Shown here: in pieces, positions 61,884-64,000 of the stretch
How positions within the stretch are numbered: position 1 is the first letter of the stretch
How the letters are laid out: the number at the start of each line of letters is the position of its first letter
Source of the DNA: Penicillus capitatus
Lineage: Eukaryota; Plantae; Chlorophyta
NCBI GenBank assembly: GCA_965649825.1
Contig: OZ287704.1
Location: 478,201 to 542,200 of the forward strand
Direction of reading: 5' to 3'
Length of the DNA stretch: 64,000 nt
Notes under the pieces: generated by a model
The model's input: the letters and a program-made list of their open reading frames with translations, nothing else
Database searches by the model: none
Told to the model about the DNA's origin: nothing
Made by a program: the position numbers and the translations under genes

Positions 61884-63480
61884 AGAAGCCGGCCCTAGAC
61901 AGCCTATACCCGACGGCCGGAACTCGGCAGCCGGCACACAGAAGCCGGCGGCCACGAAGACAGCCGGCACTCAGTAGCCGGCACCCGACAGCCGGCACCA
62001 GACAGCCGGCACCGACGACAGCCAGCGGCCAAGGAAGCCGGCACCCAGAAGCGGCCGGTGACGAAGAAGCCGGCCTTGAAGACAGCCGGCACCCAGCAGC
62101 CGCGGGCCGCGAAGAAAGCCGGCGGCGGCGAAGATAGCCGGCACCCAGCAGCCGGCGGCGATAACTGCCGGGAACGATGAAGCCTACTGCCACGAAGACA
62201 GCCGGCATCGAAAACAGCCGGCACCCGACAGCCGGCTCTGGACAGCCGGCACCGACGACAGCCGGCCGCGAAGAAGCCGGCACTCAGCAGCCGGCGGCGG
62301 CGAAGACTGCCGGCCGCGAAAACAGCCGGCAACGATGAAGCCGGCGGTCGCGAAGAAGCCGGCACCCGACAGCCGGCGGCGAAGAAGCCGGCGGCCACGA
62401 AGACAGCCGGCACTCAGTAGCCGGCACCCGACAGCCGGCGGAGAAGAAGCCGGCACCCGACAGCCGGCGGAGAAGAAGCCGGCACCCGACAGCCGGCACT
62501 CAGCAGCCGGCGGCGGCGAAGACTGCCGGCCACGAAGACAGCCGGCACCCAGCAGCCGGCATGGAAGAAAGCTGGCGGCGAAGAAGATATGCCGGCACCC
62601 GACAGCCGGCCGCGAAGAAGCCGGCGGCGAAGAAGATATGCCGGCACCCGACAGCCGGCGGCGAAGAAGCCGGCACCCGACAGCCGGCACTCAGCAGCCG
62701 GCCCCGACGACAGCCGGCGGCCAAGGAAGCCGGCACCCAGCAGCCAGCTACGACGACAGCCGGCGGCGAAGGAAGCCGGCCTTGGAGACAGCCGGCACCC
62801 GACAGCCGGCCGCGAAGAAGCCGGCACCCGACAGCCGGCGGAGAAGAAGCCGGCACCCGACAGCCGGCACCCAGCAGCCGGCGGCGGCGAAGAAGCGGGC
62901 TCTAGACAGCCCGGCGAAGACAGCCGGCACCAGACAGCCGGCCCCGACGACAGCCAGCGGCCAAGACAGCCGACACCCGGAAGCGGCCGGTGACGATGAC
63001 AGCCGGCAACGATGAAGCCGGCGGTCACGAAGACAGCCGGCACCCGACAGTCGGCGGCCACGACGATATCCGGCGGCCAAGAAAGCCGACACCCGGAAGC
63101 GGCCGGTGACGATGACAGCCGGCAACGATGAAGCCGGCGGTCACGAAGACAGCCGGCACCCGACAGTCGGCGGCCACGACGATAGCCGGCGGCGAAGATA
63201 GCCGGCACCAGACTGCCGGCACCAGAGCCACGCTCTAGACAGCCGGCGGCGAAGAAAGCCGGCCTTGAATAGCTGGCAGCCATGAAGGAAGCCGGCACCC
63301 AGAAGCCGGCGACGAAGCGGCCTGCAGCCACGAAGACAGCCGGCAATCGAAGACAGCCGGCGGAGATATCTGCCGGCACCTAACAGCCAGCGACGAAGAC
63401 TGCCGGTACTCAGAAGCAGGCGGCGAAGACAGCCGGCACCAAACAGCCGGCAACGAAGAAAGACGGCAACGAAAGAAGAA
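61884..63480. repeat. GCCGGC-cored satellite, copy B
   Basis: Same monomers as 7512-9370 but in a different order. A shared anchor at 63250-63335 matches 9045-9130. Confidence 0.95.
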
Positions 63481-64000
63481 GAACCAGAAAGCCTCCAGCA
63501 GCATCAGAAGAAGAACCAGCAAGCCTCCAGCATCAGCAGCATCAGAACCAGCAAGCCTCCAGCATCAGCAGCATCAGAACCAGCAAGCCTCCAGCATCAG
63601 CAGCATCAGAACCAGCAAGCCTCCAGCATCAGCAGCATCAGAACCAGCAAGCCTCCAGCATCAGCAGCATCAGAACCAGCAAGCCTCCAGCATCAGCAGC
63701 ATCAGAACCAGCAAGCCTCCAGCATCAGCAGCATCAGAACCAGCAAGCCTCCAGCATCAGCAGCATCAGAACCAGCAAGCCTCCAGCATCAGCAGCATCA
63801 GAACCAGCAAGCCTCCAGCATCAGCAGCATCAGAACCAGCAAGCCTCCAGCATCAGCAGCATCAGAAGAACCACGAAGCATCCAGCAGCAGCACAAGAAC
63901 CACGAAGCATCCAGCAGCAGCACAAGAACCAGCAAGCATCCAGCAGCAGCAGAACCAGCAAGCATCCAGCAGCATCAGAAGAACCACAAAGCCTCCAGCA
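63481..64000. repeat. CAG/CAT-rich minisatellite, copy B, including a perfect 32-bp unit x10 (63521-63840)
   Basis: AAGCCTCCAGCATCAGCAGCATCAGAACCAGC repeats at 32-bp spacing from 63521, with an eleventh partial copy at 63841. Confidence 0.95.

Larger units (their letters stand above)
54392..64000. repeat. Segmental duplication, copy B (direct repeat of 1-~9760; runs off the window's right edge)
   Basis: As for copy A. Confidence 0.97.

Noticed and set aside
1-64000. Autonomous transposon, endogenous giant virus or telomeric repeats explaining the rearrangements
   Set aside because: No RT, integrase, transposase, Rep/helicase, capsid or polymerase motifs were recognised, and TTTAGGG occurs only as an isolated match. 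Highly decayed elements cannot be excluded without HMM searches.

Overview
Eukaryotic nuclear DNA from a compact, plastid-bearing genome. It looks green-algal; a siphonous/ulvophyte-type alga is only a guess. Introns are short (about 42-61 nt, GT-AG, with two likely GC-AG) and the genetic code is standard. Apparently intact conserved genes: CAAX prenyl protease STE24 (-), plastid trigger factor (+), spliceosomal SPF27/BCAS2 (-) and RCC1 (+). They sit in a heavily rearranged, pseudogene-rich region. (i) Bases 1-~9760 are repeated directly at 54392-64000, about 96-98% identical by eye outside the satellite. (ii) An older inverted duplication links 6965-10837 to 41332-45445. (iii) A GCCGGC-cored satellite and a CAG-rich array occur in two independently homogenised copies and appear to derive from a short acidic repeat exon at 42.4-43.1 kb. 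(iv) There are multi-copy families: three RCC1-type genes, three copies of an unrecognised intronless Cys-rich membrane protein, two four-MATH-domain genes, a large POMP-like beta-helix/multi-TM gene plus a 5' fragment, and two dead GST copies. (v) Intron-retaining fragments of STE24 and SPF27 lie 17-25 kb from their parent genes. No rRNA, tRNA, CRISPR array, transposase/RT or viral hallmark gene could be supported. All alignments and splice models were made by eye. Some lesions and the large direct duplication could be assembly or consensus artefacts.
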